Source: Methylophilaceae bacterium
Lineage (GTDB): Bacteria; Pseudomonadota; Gammaproteobacteria; Burkholderiales; Methylophilaceae
Length of the DNA stretch: 64,000 nucleotides
Reading direction: 5' to 3'
Assembly (NCBI GenBank): GCA_036562645.1
Contig: DATCJT010000062.1
Span: 4,041 to 68,040, forward strand
The notes under the pieces are model-generated. The model was given only the letters and a program-made list of their open reading frames with translations, was not told the DNA's origin and searched no databases. The translations under genes and the position numbers were made by a program. Below, piece after piece: positions 47,002-58,226 of the stretch (positions are counted from its first letter, which is position 1; each line of letters starts with the position of its first letter).

Positions 47002-47606
47002 GAGGTAATCTCTTCATCGTCGCTGCCGCTTCCGGCACCGGCAAGACCAGCCTGCTCAATGCGCTACTGCAGCGCGACAGTCACTTGCGGCTGTCGATAT
47101 CCTATACCACGCGCAAACCGCGCCCGGGCGAAGTGGATGGTGTGCATTACCATTTCGTCGATGAAGACGAATTCATGCGCATGCTGGGTGAGGGGGAGTT
47201 TCTCGAGTCTGCGGAAGTGCATGGTGCGCGTTATGGCACTTCGCAGCGTCGTGTCGAGGAAGTGCTGCGTGCCGGAGATGACCTGATTCTGGAAATCGAC
47301 TGGCAGGGAGCGCAGCAGGTCCGCGCGCTGATGCCGTCGGTCATCAGCATCTTCATTCTGCCACCCTCCATCGAAACGCTGGCGCATCGCCTAGCGCATC
47401 GCGGGCAGGACAGCGAGGAGGTGATCAAGCGCCGTCTGGCCGCTGCTCGTGAGGAGATCAGCCATGTGGCGGAATTCGATTATGTTATAATCAATGACGA
47501 TTTTCATACGGCGCTTGAGGACCTCAGAGCGGTCATTCGATCGCAGCATCTCAAACGCGACAACCAGCTTCTGAAGCATCAGGCGCTGCTCAACGGCATG
47601 AAATAG
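46998..47606 (+). CDS. gmk: Guanylate kinase
   Basis: 202 aa with the P-loop AASGTGKTSL and YTTRKPRPGEVDGVHYHF. Confidence 0.95.
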   Translation: MRGNLFIVAAASGTGKTSLLNALLQRDSHLRLSISYTTRKPRPGEVDGVHYHFVDEDEFMRMLGEGEFLESAEVHGARYGTSQRRVEEVLRAGDDLILEIDWQGAQQVRALMPSVISIFILPPSIETLAHRLAHRGQDSEEVIKRRLAAAREEISHVAEFDYVIINDDFHTALEDLRAVIRSQHLKRDNQLLKHQALLNGMK

Positions 47607-47633
47607 TTCGCAATATTAACCGGAGAAGTAAAG

Positions 47634-47846
47634 ATGGCACGTATTACCGTAGACGATTGTCTCGACAAGATTCCAAACCGTTTTCAGCTGACGCTGGTGG
47701 CGGCCTATCGTGCCCGTCAACTGGCGAACGGCTCCGAACCGCTGCTGAATACGCATGGTCTGAAGGACAAGCCGACAGTGCTGGCCCTGCGCGAAATCGC
47801 TGCAGGCAAGGTCGGTCTAGAGGTTCTGAACCGCGGACATGCCTGA
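47634..47846 (+). CDS. rpoZ: DNA-directed RNA polymerase subunit omega
   Basis: 70 aa: [30 protein letters not shown]. Confidence 0.95.
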   Translation: MARITVDDCLDKIPNRFQLTLVAAYRARQLANGSEPLLNTHGLKDKPTVLALREIAAGKVGLEVLNRGHA

Positions 47847-47852
47847 TGTGAT

Positions 47853-50102
47853 ATGGCCAAGGTTTCGGCAAAACCAGCACCGGAATCCGTAAAGCCAGCA
47901 CCCCCTCCTTTGCTGCCGGCCGACAGCGAAGACTCGCAGCTGACGCTGCTCCTTAAACAGTATCTCAAGGACGAAGACATCGCCCAAGTCTGGGAAGCCT
48001 ACCGCTTTAGTGATGCGGCGCACAAGGGACAGGTGCGCCGCAGCGGAGACCCTTATATCACGCATCCGGTGACGGTCGCTTGCATCCTCGCCGAAATGCA
48101 TATGGACACGCCGACCCTGATGGCGGCACTGCTGCATGACGTGGTTGAAGATACCGGCATTACCAAGCAGGAAATCAGCGACAAGTTCGGCAAGCAGGTG
48201 GCGGAACTGGTTGACGGCCTTTCCAAGCTGGACAAGATCGAGTTTCAGAGTGCGACCCAGGCGCAAGCGGAGAACTTCCGCAAAATGCTGCTAGCGATGT
48301 CGCAGGATGTGCGCGTGATCCTGGTCAAGCTGGCCGACCGCCTGCACAACATGCAGACACTGGATGTGATGAGCCCGGAAAAGCGCAAGCGCATTGCGAT
48401 GGAGACCATCGACATCTATGCGCCGATTGCGAACCGGCTCGGCATCAACAACATTTACCACCAGCTCGAGGATCTCAGTTTCAAGCATCTGTATCCGATG
48501 CGCTATAACGTCCTCAGCAAGGCGGTGAAGGCGGCGCGCGGGAACCGCAAGGAAGTGGTCAGCAAGATACAGGAAAGCATTCAGCAGAAGCTGCAGGAGG
48601 CGCAGATCGAGGCCGAAGTCACTGGCCGCGAAAAGAACCTCTACAGCATCTACAAGAAGATGACCGGCAAGAACACGACGTTCTCGCAGATCTACGACAT
48701 CTACGGCTTCCGCGTCATCGTCAAGGACCAGCCGACCTGCTATCTGGCGCTGGGTGTGCTGCATAGCCTGTACAAGCCGATACCGGGCAAGTTCAAAGAC
48801 TACATCGCCATTCCCAAGGCCAACGGCTATCAGTCGTTGCATTCGACACTGTTCGGTCCGTTCGGCACGCCCATAGAGATACAGATTCGCAGTCGGGAGA
48901 TGCATAACATCGCGGAGGCAGGTGTCGCCGCGCACTGGATGTACAAATCCTCGGATGCGCACTTGACCGCCCTGCAGCAACAGACCCACCAGTGGCTGCA
49001 AAGGTTGCTCGATATCCAGAGCGAGAGTGCGGATTCGCTGGAGTTCCTGGAACACTTCAAGGTCGATCTGTTCCCGGACGAGGTCTATGTCTTCACACCG
49101 CGTGGCAAGATCATGGCCCTGCCCAAGGGTGCCACGGCCGTGGATTTCGCCTATGCCGTGCATACCGACGTCGGCAATTGCTGTGTTGCGGTCAAGATCA
49201 ACAATGAACTGGCGCCTCTGCGTACCGAACTCCATAACGGCGATAATGTCGAGATCATCACGTCGGCCATGGCCAAGCCCAATCCTGCCTGGCTCAACTA
49301 TGTGGTTTCCGGCAAGGCGAGGGCGCATATCCGCCACTATCTCAAGACCATGCAATCCAACGAGTCGGCGAACTTCGGCCAACGCCTGCTGAATCAGGCG
49401 CTACGCGCCCTGCACGTGGATCCGGCAGATATCGACGAGGCGCGCTGGCAGCGCCTGCTGCGCGACTATGGTGCCAAGGACAAGCAGGAAGTACTCACTG
49501 ACATCGGTCTCGGCAAGCGGCTCAACGTCATGGTGGCGCATCAGCTGATTGCGAAGGGTGACGAGCCGAAAGCGGGAGAAGCGCAGAGTGGATTGTCGGA
49601 AAAGCAGTCGCGGCAGCCAAGCAAGATGCTGAACACCATCACCATCCGTGGCTCGGAAGGCATGGCGGTGCAGTTTGCGCAATGCTGCAGGCCCATCCCG
49701 GGCGACCCGATTCTGGGATTCATCAACAAGGACAAAGGGCTGGTCATCCATACCCACGACTGTCCCAGTATTCGCAAGCATCGCATGGACCCGGAAAAGT
49801 GGCTTGATGTGGAGTGGGACCCCGACGGCAAGCGGCTCTACAAGGTCAATCTGAAGCTGACGGTGGCCAACAGGCGCGGCATGCTGGCCAAGATCGCCTC
49901 AGGTATCGCCAATGCCGGGTCCAATATCGATAATGTCAGCATGGAAGAGCCAGATGGCAGCGCCTATACCAATATGCATTTCACTGTGCAGGTACGGGAC
50001 CGTGTGCACCTGGCCGAACTGATGCGCCGCTTGCGCCGTATTCCGGACATGGTCCGGATCAACCGGGTCAAGGGCAGCGGCAGTGAGCAGCGGGCACAGT
50101 GA
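47853..50102 (+). CDS. spoT: Bifunctional (p)ppGpp synthetase/hydrolase SpoT/RelA-family
   Basis: 749 aa with the HD hydrolase motif (HPVTVA..., LLHDVVEDT), a RelA/SpoT synthetase domain, and TGS and C-terminal ACT regions. It sits in the gmk-rpoZ-spoT order. Confidence 0.94.
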   Translation: MAKVSAKPAPESVKPAPPPLLPADSEDSQLTLLLKQYLKDEDIAQVWEAYRFSDAAHKGQVRRSGDPYITHPVTVACILAEMHMDTPTLMAALLHDVVEDTGITKQEISDKFGKQVAELVDGLSKLDKIEFQSATQAQAENFRKMLLAMSQDVRVILVKLADRLHNMQTLDVMSPEKRKRIAMETIDIYAPIANRLGINNIYHQLEDLSFKHLYPMRYNVLSKAVKAARGNRKEVVSKIQESIQQKLQEAQIEAEVTGREKNLYSIYKKMTGKNTTFSQIYDIYGFRVIVKDQPTCYLALGVLHSLYKPIPGKFKDYIAIPKANGYQSLHSTLFGPFGTPIEIQIRSREMHNIAEAGVAAHWMYKSSDAHLTALQQQTHQWLQRLLDIQSESADSLEFLEHFKVDLFPDEVYVFTPRGKIMALPKGATAVDFAYAVHTDVGNCCVAVKINNELAPLRTELHNGDNVEIITSAMAKPNPAWLNYVVSGKARAHIRHYLKTMQSNESANFGQRLLNQALRALHVDPADIDEARWQRLLRDYGAKDKQEVLTDIGLGKRLNVMVAHQLIAKGDEPKAGEAQSGLSEKQSRQPSKMLNTITIRGSEGMAVQFAQCCRPIPGDPILGFINKDKGLVIHTHDCPSIRKHRMDPEKWLDVEWDPDGKRLYKVNLKLTVANRRGMLAKIASGIANAGSNIDNVSMEEPDGSAYTNMHFTVQVRDRVHLAELMRRLRRIPDMVRINRVKGSGSEQRAQ

Positions 50103-50150
50103 TCCCGCCGCGGTGTTTATTTCATTCATCAACAGCAATCAGGAAACTTT

Positions 50151-50531
50151 ATGACCAAGCAGATTATCCAGACCGATGATGCACCTTTGGCGATCGGAAC
50201 CTATTCTCAGGCTGTTCGCGTTGACAAGACCGTTTATCTTTCCGGCCAGATCGGCCTTGATCCCGCCAACATGGAACTGGTGGACGGCATTGAGGCGCAA
50301 GTGCACCGTGTCTTCCAGAATCTGCAGGCGGTAGCGGGGGCGGCCGGCGGGTCGTTGAATGACATCGTCAAGCTGAATATCTATCTGACCGACCTTGCCA
50401 ACTTCGCGCTGGTCAACAGCATCATGGCGGAGTATTTCACCCAGCCTTATCCAGCCCGTGCCGCCGTGGGCGTGGCCTCTCTGCCGCGCGGCGCATTGGT
50501 GGAAGCCGACGGAGTCATGCAATTAGCCTGA
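50151..50531 (+). CDS. ridA: RidA/YjgF family reactive-intermediate deaminase
   Basis: 126 aa with [12 protein letters not shown] and [19 protein letters not shown] motifs. Confidence 0.92.
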   Translation: MTKQIIQTDDAPLAIGTYSQAVRVDKTVYLSGQIGLDPANMELVDGIEAQVHRVFQNLQAVAGAAGGSLNDIVKLNIYLTDLANFALVNSIMAEYFTQPYPARAAVGVASLPRGALVEADGVMQLA

Positions 50532-52579
50532 AGCTTTCCGAAAGCAGGGAGTTCAGCAAGCCGCTGCTGACGCGGCTTCAGAAACTGGGTATCGTCGATG
50601 TGCAGGGGCTGCTGCTGCATCTGCCGTTGCGCTATGTTGACGAGACCCGTATCAGCACCATCCGCGACCTGCATGTCGGCGAACTGGCGCAGGTGGAAGG
50701 TCAGATCGTCCATACGGAAGTGCAATACCGGCCGCGCAAGGCCCTGATTTCGCAGCTGCGCGACGGCAGCGGCCAGCTAACGCTGCGGTTCTTGCACTTC
50801 TATCCGAGTCAGCTCAAAAAGCTGGAAGCAGGCACGCGACTACGCGTGCTGGGCGAGGTTCGCAACGGCTTTTTCGGGTGGGAGATGGTGCATCCGCAGT
50901 TACGGCTGGTGGAAGCCGACACGCCGGTTGCTTCCAGCCTGACGCCGATTTATCCGACGACAGCCGGGTTGGGTCAGACCAGTATCCGCAAGGCAGTGCA
51001 ATGGGCACTGGCGCAGAACGACGTGCTCGCCGAAACGTTACCGGCCTGGGTCTACCAAGCGCACAGCTTCCCCACGTTCGCCGACAGTCTGCGAACACTG
51101 CATGCGCCGTCACCGGACATGCCGCTCCAGCTGTTGCAGGATAGAACGCAGCCGTTCTGGCGGCGGCTGGCGTATGATGAATTGCTCGCACAGCAGCTTT
51201 CCATGCGCCGGCATTATGTCAGGCGCCGCAGTGTCGGGGCGCCGCCTCTGCCCCCTTCGGAAAGGCTGATAGACGCGCTGCTGAAGAATCTGGGCTTTCG
51301 TTTGACCGCCGCCCAGCAGCGCGCGGCGCAGGAGATTGCGCAGGACCTTGCGCAGCCGTATCCGATGCAGCGCCTGTTGCAGGGGGATGTCGGTAGTGGC
51401 AAGACCATAGTCGCGACCATGGCAGCGCTGCAGGCGGTCGAACAGGGCTGGCAGGTGGCGATGATGGCACCCACCGAGATCCTGGCCGAGCAGCATTACC
51501 GCAAGCTGTCCGGCTGGCTGCAGCCGCTCGGCATTAGGCTGGCATGGCTGGCGGGGAGTCAGACCAAGAGGGAGCGCGAAGCCTCTCTGCGGGAGGTGCT
51601 GAGCGGGGAGGCAAACCTCGTCATCGGCACCCATGCCATTTTCCAGGAGCAGGTGAGTTTCGCCAGGCTGGGCCTGGTGATCGTCGATGAGCAGCATCGC
51701 TTCGGCGTGCAGCAGCGCCTGTCATTGCGGCAGAAGGCGCAATCGGAGGAAATCTCCGCCCCCCATCAGCTGATGATGAGTGCGACCCCCATCCCGCGCA
51801 CCCTCGCCATGAGCTACTATGCGGATCTCGACGTTTCCGTCATTGACGAATTGCCGCCCGGTCGCACGCCGGTCGCGACACGGCTGGTGTCGGATGCTCG
51901 CCGCGATGAGGTGCTGCAGCGCATACACGAGGCCTGCCGGCAGGGCAAACAGGCCTACTGGGTATGCCCGCTGATTGAGGAGTCCGAAAGTCTGCAGCTA
52001 CAGACGGTACTCGACACCTACGAGCAGATGCAGGCGCAGTTCCCGGATCTGCGGGTCGGGCTGCTGCATGGACGCATGAAGCCAGTGGAAAAGCAGGAGG
52101 TGATGGCTAGGTTCAGTGCCAACCAGTTGCAGCTGCTGGTGGCGACCACGGTCATCGAGGTCGGGGTTGACGTTCCGAACGCCAGCCTGATGGTGATAGA
52201 GCATGCGGAACGTATGGGGCTTTCACAGCTGCATCAGCTGCGCGGCCGGGTCGGGCGCGGCGCCGAAAAAAGCAGCTGCATTCTTCTATACCAGAACCCC
52301 TTGTCGGAATTGGCGCGGGCAAGGCTCAAGGTCATCTATGAGTCGAACGATGGTTTTGAGATTGCGCAGGCAGATCTGCGCCTGCGCGGCCCGGGGGAGT
52401 TTCTCGGCGTGCGGCAGAGCGGCGTGCCGATGCTGAAGATCGCCGATCTGGAGCGGGATGCCGATCTGCTGCAGGTTGCCAAGGCGGTTGTGGAAAGGCT
52501 GTTGCGGGAAGATCCGGACGCGGTTGACCGGCACCTGCAGCGCTGGCTCGGCCATGCCGAGGAGCTGGTCAAGGTTTGA
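50528..52579 (+). CDS. recG: ATP-dependent DNA helicase RecG (start codon unresolved; first GTG at 50600, likely CTG at 50528)
   Basis: It has Walker A DVGSGKT, the DEQH box [11 protein letters not shown] and a wedge-domain N-terminus. The in-frame sequence upstream of 50600 ([24 protein letters not shown]) resembles conserved RecG N-termini but contains no ATG, GTG or TTG. Confidence 0.9.
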   Translation: MKLSESREFSKPLLTRLQKLGIVDVQGLLLHLPLRYVDETRISTIRDLHVGELAQVEGQIVHTEVQYRPRKALISQLRDGSGQLTLRFLHFYPSQLKKLEAGTRLRVLGEVRNGFFGWEMVHPQLRLVEADTPVASSLTPIYPTTAGLGQTSIRKAVQWALAQNDVLAETLPAWVYQAHSFPTFADSLRTLHAPSPDMPLQLLQDRTQPFWRRLAYDELLAQQLSMRRHYVRRRSVGAPPLPPSERLIDALLKNLGFRLTAAQQRAAQEIAQDLAQPYPMQRLLQGDVGSGKTIVATMAALQAVEQGWQVAMMAPTEILAEQHYRKLSGWLQPLGIRLAWLAGSQTKREREASLREVLSGEANLVIGTHAIFQEQVSFARLGLVIVDEQHRFGVQQRLSLRQKAQSEEISAPHQLMMSATPIPRTLAMSYYADLDVSVIDELPPGRTPVATRLVSDARRDEVLQRIHEACRQGKQAYWVCPLIEESESLQLQTVLDTYEQMQAQFPDLRVGLLHGRMKPVEKQEVMARFSANQLQLLVATTVIEVGVDVPNASLMVIEHAERMGLSQLHQLRGRVGRGAEKSSCILLYQNPLSELARARLKVIYESNDGFEIAQADLRLRGPGEFLGVRQSGVPMLKIADLERDADLLQVAKAVVERLLREDPDAVDRHLQRWLGHAEELVKV

Positions 52580-52613
52580 TGAGCGGCGGCTGTGCCATAA
52601 TCTCGCCGTGAAG

Positions 52614-53168
52614 ATGCATTCCCGTACATTGCTGACGCATTCCGTCTGGATGAAGCTGCCGGTGAACAGCGGCGCCTATCGCCGTTGGCTGACGGATCGG
52701 GGTTCGCTGACTCGCAGGCTGCAATCCCTGTGCGAGGATTTTCGCGTGCGTACCGGGGGACATCGCTTTGTCCGACTGCAGTCGGACGAGGCCAGACTGT
52801 TGCGGCTTTCCTGCGGACAGCATGCGCTGCTGCGCGAAGTGGAACTGATATGCGACGGTAATGCCGCCGTGTATGCCTGCAGCGTGTTGCCACGACGCAG
52901 CCTGAAGGGAGAATGGCGTGAGCTCGGACGGCTCGGTGACAAGCCGCTGGGGATGACGCTGTTCATGAATCCCAGAGTCATGCGTACGCAGATGGAATTC
53001 AAGAAACTGTCCCGGCAGCATGCGCTCTGCCGCCGGGCGGTTCGTCATCTTGATGCCAAACCGCGCGCGGTTTGGGCGCGCCGTTCGATTTTCAGACTCA
53101 GGCGTGCGGCAATCATGGTGACCGAGGTTTTTCTGCCGTCCGTGCTGTCGCTGTCGGAACATGAATGA
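52614..53168 (+). CDS. ubiC: Chorismate pyruvate-lyase
   Basis: The start is taken at MHSRT (ATG at 52614; GTG at 52608 is also possible). [12 protein letters not shown] and LLREV..., together with its position immediately upstream of and overlapping ubiA, fit UbiC. Confidence 0.8.
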   Translation: MHSRTLLTHSVWMKLPVNSGAYRRWLTDRGSLTRRLQSLCEDFRVRTGGHRFVRLQSDEARLLRLSCGQHALLREVELICDGNAAVYACSVLPRRSLKGEWRELGRLGDKPLGMTLFMNPRVMRTQMEFKKLSRQHALCRRAVRHLDAKPRAVWARRSIFRLRRAAIMVTEVFLPSVLSLSEHE

Positions 53169-54028
53169 TGGACTGGAAGCAAAAAATCGATGCCTATGAA
53201 CGCCTGATGCGGCTGGACAAGCCAATCGGCATCCTGCTGCTATTGTGGCCGACGCTGTGGGCGCTGTGGATTGCCGGTGCAGGTCATCCCGACTGGCTGA
53301 TCGTGTGGATCTTCGTCATGGGCACGGTATTGATGCGTTCGGCCGGCTGCGTCATGAATGATGTGGCGGATCGCAATTTCGATGGTCATGTCGAGCGCAC
53401 CCGGCAGCGTCCCCTGGTCAGCGGCGAAGTCAGCGTGCGGGAGGCCTGCCTGCTGGCTGTCGGGCTCAGCCTCGGCGCGTTTGCACTGGTGCTGTTTCTC
53501 AACAAGCTGACCATCGCTCTGTCCGTTGCCGCCTTGCTGCTCGCCATGACCTATCCGCTGACCAAACGTTTTCTGGCAATACCGCAGGCCTATCTGGGCG
53601 TAGCGTTCGGCTTCGGCATCCCGATGGGATTCGCCGCGCTGACCGATGCGCTGCCGCCGGTCGCCTGGCTGATGCTGCTTGCCAATATTTTCTGGGCCGT
53701 GGCCTATGACACGGAATACGCCATGGTGGACCGCAACGATGACCTGAAGATCGGCATCCGTTCATCCGCGATCTTTTTCGGCCGCCATGACGTTGCCGCG
53801 GTCATGGCCTGCTATACGCTGATGCTTGCCCTGATGTCGCTGGTCGGTTGGCTGGAGCAGCTGCGCTGGCCATACTACGCAGGACTGCTGGTGGCCGCAG
53901 TCCTAGCACTGTATCACTATACCCTGATTCGCGAGCGCGAGCGCTCCGCCTGTTTCCGGGCGTTCCTGCACAATAACTGGCTGGGTGCGGCGATCTTTGC
54001 AGGCTTGCTGATCAGCTACCTGCTGTAA
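53165..54028 (+). CDS. ubiA: 4-hydroxybenzoate polyprenyltransferase
   Basis: 287 aa with the NDVADRNFD Asp-rich motif. Polytopic. Confidence 0.94.
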   Translation: MMDWKQKIDAYERLMRLDKPIGILLLLWPTLWALWIAGAGHPDWLIVWIFVMGTVLMRSAGCVMNDVADRNFDGHVERTRQRPLVSGEVSVREACLLAVGLSLGAFALVLFLNKLTIALSVAALLLAMTYPLTKRFLAIPQAYLGVAFGFGIPMGFAALTDALPPVAWLMLLANIFWAVAYDTEYAMVDRNDDLKIGIRSSAIFFGRHDVAAVMACYTLMLALMSLVGWLEQLRWPYYAGLLVAAVLALYHYTLIRERERSACFRAFLHNNWLGAAIFAGLLISYLL

Positions 54029-55874
54029 TCACTTTCTGCTTCTCCGGCGGCAGTTCGAATTCCAACGGTTGGGACTTGTCTTCAGGCAGCGTGCTGAAGG
54101 TAAATCCTTCAAAGAACAGCGGTTCGTGTTTGCTGTCCTCGGATGCCGGCGGGATTTCCGGTGTTTCCTCATGCCGGGGTACCAGTGCCTGGTGGTCGGC
54201 ATTACGTTCCGCCGCCGGACTCAGAATGCTGGCGAGGCTGCGCAGCAGCAGGATTTCCAGATAGGCATTGCGTCCGAAACCCTGACGCGCTTCCCGTCTG
54301 CGGTTGTATATCAGGTTGTCAAGATAGGGGAGTGCCTCGGGTTTGCCCCAAACCTCTTGTAACTGCTGAATGATGTGCGGGTAGTTCTCGATGCTGCTGT
54401 TATCCTCATAAAGCGGTGCATCGAAGTCCGGGATGGCTACATTGAAATGGCGACGGCACTCCAAGCCTGCCGAGTTGTATGCATCGCGCTGACCATCACG
54501 CTTCAGCAGGTCGAGCAGCATCAGCCATGGTTCGGGCGAAAGATCGGGGAACTCGGTGAGATGGTCCTGCAACAGTACGATGGCCAGATTGGCGCGGCCG
54601 TGGGCGACGAATACTTCTGCCTGCTCCAGAATATCTTCATTGACCGTCGTGCCGGCATGAACATGATGCGGAACGTGCAGTGCCGGAGATACCGTCAGGA
54701 AATCGTGCCGATCGGATGCCGGTACGGTGTCCGCATGCGGCGTAGGCTGAATGTCACCGTCAACCGGCGTGCTGCTCTCTAGTGTATGTCTGTCGGCCTG
54801 CGGTACCAGTTCATTCCAGATCGCCTGTTCCGCTGCAGTCCGGCGCTTGATGTGCCGCCGCCGCAGCCATTCTGCCAGCCCGAGCGCGGCCATGAGGCAA
54901 AGCGTGACCAGAAGATAGCGTAGCCACGAACCTTGGCTGTCATCCTTTGCGGCCATGCGTTGCGTTTCGAGCTCGGCATTGCGCTGCTGCAGGGTCTGAA
55001 TCTGGCTTTCCAGATAAGCCAACCGATTGGCCATGGCCGTCATTTCGTCGAAGGCCGCTTCCTCATTAAGTGACGCGACTTCCTCCTGCGGCCATTCGCT
55101 GAGCTCCAGCGACATCTGTAGCTGCAGCGGCTGGTCGAAAAACTCCGGACGAACGTAGTTGTCGCCGGATATGACCAATCTGTCGGAGACGGATGGCGCC
55201 GTGTCTCGGCTTGCGGGAACGGCGTTGACCGGGCGCGCGTCGGCTTTCGTCGGAGATTCCTTGCGCGGCGCAACGCGGCGGCCAGCCTGTGCTCTTGTTC
55301 CGTCTCCTGTAGCCTGCGTCGTGGCCGTCACGGCGGATGCGACGGGGAGCCGACTTGTAGAGGTGGCAGGTGTCTGCGGGATATTGCGGACAACATTCTT
55401 TTCAGCGGGCGGTACAGCATCCGCGCTGCTGGTGGAAAGCGGCGGGTCGAGCAGCAACGTATATTCGCGGCTGATCTGGTTCTCGCAATCCGCGACCAGT
55501 TGCAACAGAACGATGGGTTCTTGCAGTGACTGATAGGAGCTGATGTTGAGCAGGGTCCGGCCATCCGGATTCTGCTGCAGTCGGAAGCCGGCACTCAGCG
55601 GTGAGAACGGCAGGTCGTTCTGGCTGTGAAGCAGCCGGAAGCAACCGGTATCCAGTTGCCGCGGAGCGTCGTGGATTTCGATTTGGGCGGAAAGCGGCTG
55701 CCCGAGGCCGGAGAGGACATCGATGTTGCCCAGGCCCATGGCCATTGCGGGTGTGCCGTAACTGAAAAGCACGGCAATCGGCAACCAGCGTCCGGTCAGA
55801 GTCTTGAGATCAGCTTTGTTCATCTCGTATGGATTCATTCCTGTACAGTACTGAACGGGAGGTGCAAGTGGCAT
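54012..55874 (-). CDS. FimV-N-terminal-domain protein (FimV/HubP-like polar landmark candidate); start may be 55838 or 55823
   Basis: A signal-like N-terminus is followed by [21 protein letters not shown] ... [26 protein letters not shown], the FimV N-terminal domain pattern. Then come a Pro/Ala/Thr-rich linker, a coiled coil, one TM segment ([21 protein letters not shown]) and a helical cytoplasmic C-domain. Confidence 0.7.
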   Translation of the reverse strand: MPLAPPVQYCTGMNPYEMNKADLKTLTGRWLPIAVLFSYGTPAMAMGLGNIDVLSGLGQPLSAQIEIHDAPRQLDTGCFRLLHSQNDLPFSPLSAGFRLQQNPDGRTLLNISSYQSLQEPIVLLQLVADCENQISREYTLLLDPPLSTSSADAVPPAEKNVVRNIPQTPATSTSRLPVASAVTATTQATGDGTRAQAGRRVAPRKESPTKADARPVNAVPASRDTAPSVSDRLVISGDNYVRPEFFDQPLQLQMSLELSEWPQEEVASLNEEAAFDEMTAMANRLAYLESQIQTLQQRNAELETQRMAAKDDSQGSWLRYLLVTLCLMAALGLAEWLRRRHIKRRTAAEQAIWNELVPQADRHTLESSTPVDGDIQPTPHADTVPASDRHDFLTVSPALHVPHHVHAGTTVNEDILEQAEVFVAHGRANLAIVLLQDHLTEFPDLSPEPWLMLLDLLKRDGQRDAYNSAGLECRRHFNVAIPDFDAPLYEDNSSIENYPHIIQQLQEVWGKPEALPYLDNLIYNRRREARQGFGRNAYLEILLLRSLASILSPAAERNADHQALVPRHEETPEIPPASEDSKHEPLFFEGFTFSTLPEDKSQPLEFELPPEKQKVITAGS

Positions 55875-56111
55875 ACCAGTGACGCGGAAAGTGGTCTACA
55901 GATGGTTTGCGAGGTGCTCGTTATTGAATTATATTTTTGATTTTAATGATAAAATCATCCATTTCCGGATTGCCGGCAGGGTACTGGGTCATGTCGAAAA
56001 CCGGAGAGGGCGCATGCCCGACTGTCCAAATTTCGGCAGAAATGCATGTGAACTGACAAAAAATCATCGACTTGCACATACACTGCGAAACAGGAAAAGC
56101 GATAATATCGT

Positions 56112-56141
56112 TTGACAAGGGTAAAAGCCCTGACATAAAAT
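56112..56141 (+). promoter_or_regulatory. Putative sigma70 promoter of rplM-rpsI
   Basis: TTGACA (56112-56117), an 18-bp spacer, then TAAAAT (56136-56141). It lies about 35 nt upstream of the rplM ATG. Confidence 0.5.
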
Positions 56142-56176
56142 CGCCCTCTTAATTTTTTGGCAATATTGGTAGTCAA

Positions 56177-56617
56177 ATGAAGACTTTTTCTGCAAAAGCG
56201 CATGAAGTAAAGCGTGACTGGTATATCGTTGATGCGACCGACATGGTGCTGGGTCGTCTGGCCAGTGAGATCGCTCGCCGTCTGCGTGGCAAGCACAAGA
56301 CCATTTACACCCCTCACGTTGATACCGGTGATTACATCGTCGTCATCAACGCTGACAAGATCAGGGTGACGGGCAACAAGTCGGTTGACAAGCTGTATCA
56401 TCGCCACAGCGGTTATCCGGGCGGCATTTCCACCACCACTTTCGGCAAGATGCAAGAAAAATTCCCAGGCCGTGCTCTGGAGAAAGCAGTCAAGGGGATG
56501 TTGCCGAAGGGCCCGCTGGGCTATGCCATGTTCCGCAAGCTGAAGGTTTATGCCGGCGAGAAGCATGACCATGTCGCGCAGCAACCGCAGCCCTTGAAAA
56601 TCGAAAGCCAGGCTTAA
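56177..56617 (+). CDS. rplM: 50S ribosomal protein L13
   Basis: 146 aa: [41 protein letters not shown]. Confidence 0.97.
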   Translation: MKTFSAKAHEVKRDWYIVDATDMVLGRLASEIARRLRGKHKTIYTPHVDTGDYIVVINADKIRVTGNKSVDKLYHRHSGYPGGISTTTFGKMQEKFPGRALEKAVKGMLPKGPLGYAMFRKLKVYAGEKHDHVAQQPQPLKIESQA

Positions 56618-56626
56618 GGATTAGAA

Positions 56627-57019
56627 ATGATTGGTAACTACAACTACGGTACGGGACGTCGCAAGAGCTCCGTGGCTCGCGTGTTCCTGAAGGCAGGCAA
56701 GGGCAATATCATCGTCAATGACAAGCCTGCCGATGAATATTTCTCGCGCGAAACCTCGCGCATGATTCTGCGTCAGCCGCTGGTTCTGACCGAGAACGAA
56801 TCCAGCTTTGACATCATGGTCAACGTCAAGGGTGGTGGCGAATCTGGTCAGGCAGGTGCTGTGCGTCACGGCATTACCCGTGCGCTGATCGATTATGATG
56901 CCAGCCTGAAGAGTGCATTGTCCAAGGCAGGTTTCGTGACCCGTGATGCGCGCGAAGTCGAACGCAAGAAGGTCGGTTTCCGCAAGGCACGCCGTCGCAA
57001 GCAATTCTCCAAGCGCTAA
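56627..57019 (+). CDS. rpsI: 30S ribosomal protein S9
   Basis: 130 aa with the C-terminus [14 protein letters not shown]. Confidence 0.97.
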   Translation: MIGNYNYGTGRRKSSVARVFLKAGKGNIIVNDKPADEYFSRETSRMILRQPLVLTENESSFDIMVNVKGGGESGQAGAVRHGITRALIDYDASLKSALSKAGFVTRDAREVERKKVGFRKARRRKQFSKR

Positions 57020-57034
57020 GGCGCGATGTATCGG

Positions 57035-57062
57035 AAAAAGCCGCATTCTGCGGCTTTTTTCG
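57035..57062 (+). terminator. Rho-independent terminator after rpsI
   Basis: AAAAAGCCGCA-TTC-TGCGGCTTTTTTCG. Confidence 0.8.
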
Positions 57063-57162
57063 TTTTTACCGGCGTGTGCTACCTGGCTTTGCACGAGTGC
57101 ATGTTTTTTTTGCTACTATCTGACTTTTGCCCGGGCGGAAGCCGGGCTTTATGGGCGGTCGC

Positions 57163-58206
57163 ATGGATCAAGACAGAAAAATCAGAGTAGGGATTGTCGG
57201 CGGCACCGGTTATACCGGTGTCGAATTGTTGCGGCTCCTGGCCATTCACCCGAATGTCGAGCTCACCGCCATTACCTCGCGTAGCGAAGCCGGCATGCCG
57301 GTTGCGCAGATGTTTCCGAATCTGCGCGGATATGTCGATCTGCCATTCGTTGATCCCGCCAGTGCTGACCTCGCACAATGTGATGTCGTGTTCTTCGCGA
57401 CACCGAACGGGATAGCCATGCAGCAGGCCCCGTCCCTGCTGGAGTGGGGGGTCAGGGTTATTGACTTGGCGGCCGACTTCCGCATCAAGGATGTGGCGGT
57501 ATGGGAAAAGTGGTATCGCATGCAGCATGCCTGTCCGGAACTGGTGGCGGAGGCGGTTTATGGTCTGCCAGAACTCAATCGTGAACAGATACGTCATGCC
57601 AGGTTGGTCGCCAACCCCGGATGCTATCCGACGGCAGTCCAGCTGGGATTCATGCCGCTACTGAAAGCCGGTATCGTCGATACGCAGCACCTGATTGCCG
57701 ATGCCAAGTCCGGTGTCAGCGGGGCTGGCCGCAAGGCGCAAGTGCACACGCTCTTCGCCGAGGCAGGCGATAACTTCAAGGCATATGGCGTGACGGGTCA
57801 TCGCCATTTGCCGGAAATTTCCCAGGGCCTGGGCCGGATGACGGATCTTCCGATCGGTCTCACTTTCGTGCCGCATCTCACGCCGCTGATACGCGGCATA
57901 CATGCGACACTGTATGCCAGAATGAAGAGCCAGTGTGATTTGCAGCGCCTGTATGAAGAGACTTATGCGAGCGAGCGCTTCGTCGATGTATTGCCGCCGG
58001 GGTCGCATCCGGAAACGCGCTCGGTACGTGCATCGAACGTCTGCCGGATTGCCGTGCATCAGCCGCAGGATGGCGATACGGTCGTAGTGCTGTCGGTCAT
58101 AGACAATCTGGTCAAGGGGGCGGCTGGTCAGGCGGTGCAGAACATGAACATCATGTTCGGATTGCCCGAACACAGTGGACTGGAGGTGGTTCCGCTCCTG
58201 CCGTAG
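57163..58206 (+). CDS. argC: N-acetyl-gamma-glutamyl-phosphate reductase
   Basis: [23 protein letters not shown]-binding fold and the active-site region [10 protein letters not shown]. Alternative ATG at 57151; the track ORF begins with TTG at 57127. Confidence 0.93.
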   Translation: MDQDRKIRVGIVGGTGYTGVELLRLLAIHPNVELTAITSRSEAGMPVAQMFPNLRGYVDLPFVDPASADLAQCDVVFFATPNGIAMQQAPSLLEWGVRVIDLAADFRIKDVAVWEKWYRMQHACPELVAEAVYGLPELNREQIRHARLVANPGCYPTAVQLGFMPLLKAGIVDTQHLIADAKSGVSGAGRKAQVHTLFAEAGDNFKAYGVTGHRHLPEISQGLGRMTDLPIGLTFVPHLTPLIRGIHATLYARMKSQCDLQRLYEETYASERFVDVLPPGSHPETRSVRASNVCRIAVHQPQDGDTVVVLSVIDNLVKGAAGQAVQNMNIMFGLPEHSGLEVVPLLP

Positions 58207-58226
58207 CGCCGGAGTGCCAAGCGCTT

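Noticed and set aside
55875-56176. Small ORFs (78 aa on the plus strand, 71 aa on the minus strand) in the AT-rich FimV-like/rplM divergent spacer
   Set aside because: The translations are not protein-like and the start contexts are poor or non-ATG. The region is better explained as two divergent promoters, including a TTGACA/TAAAAT pair upstream of rplM.
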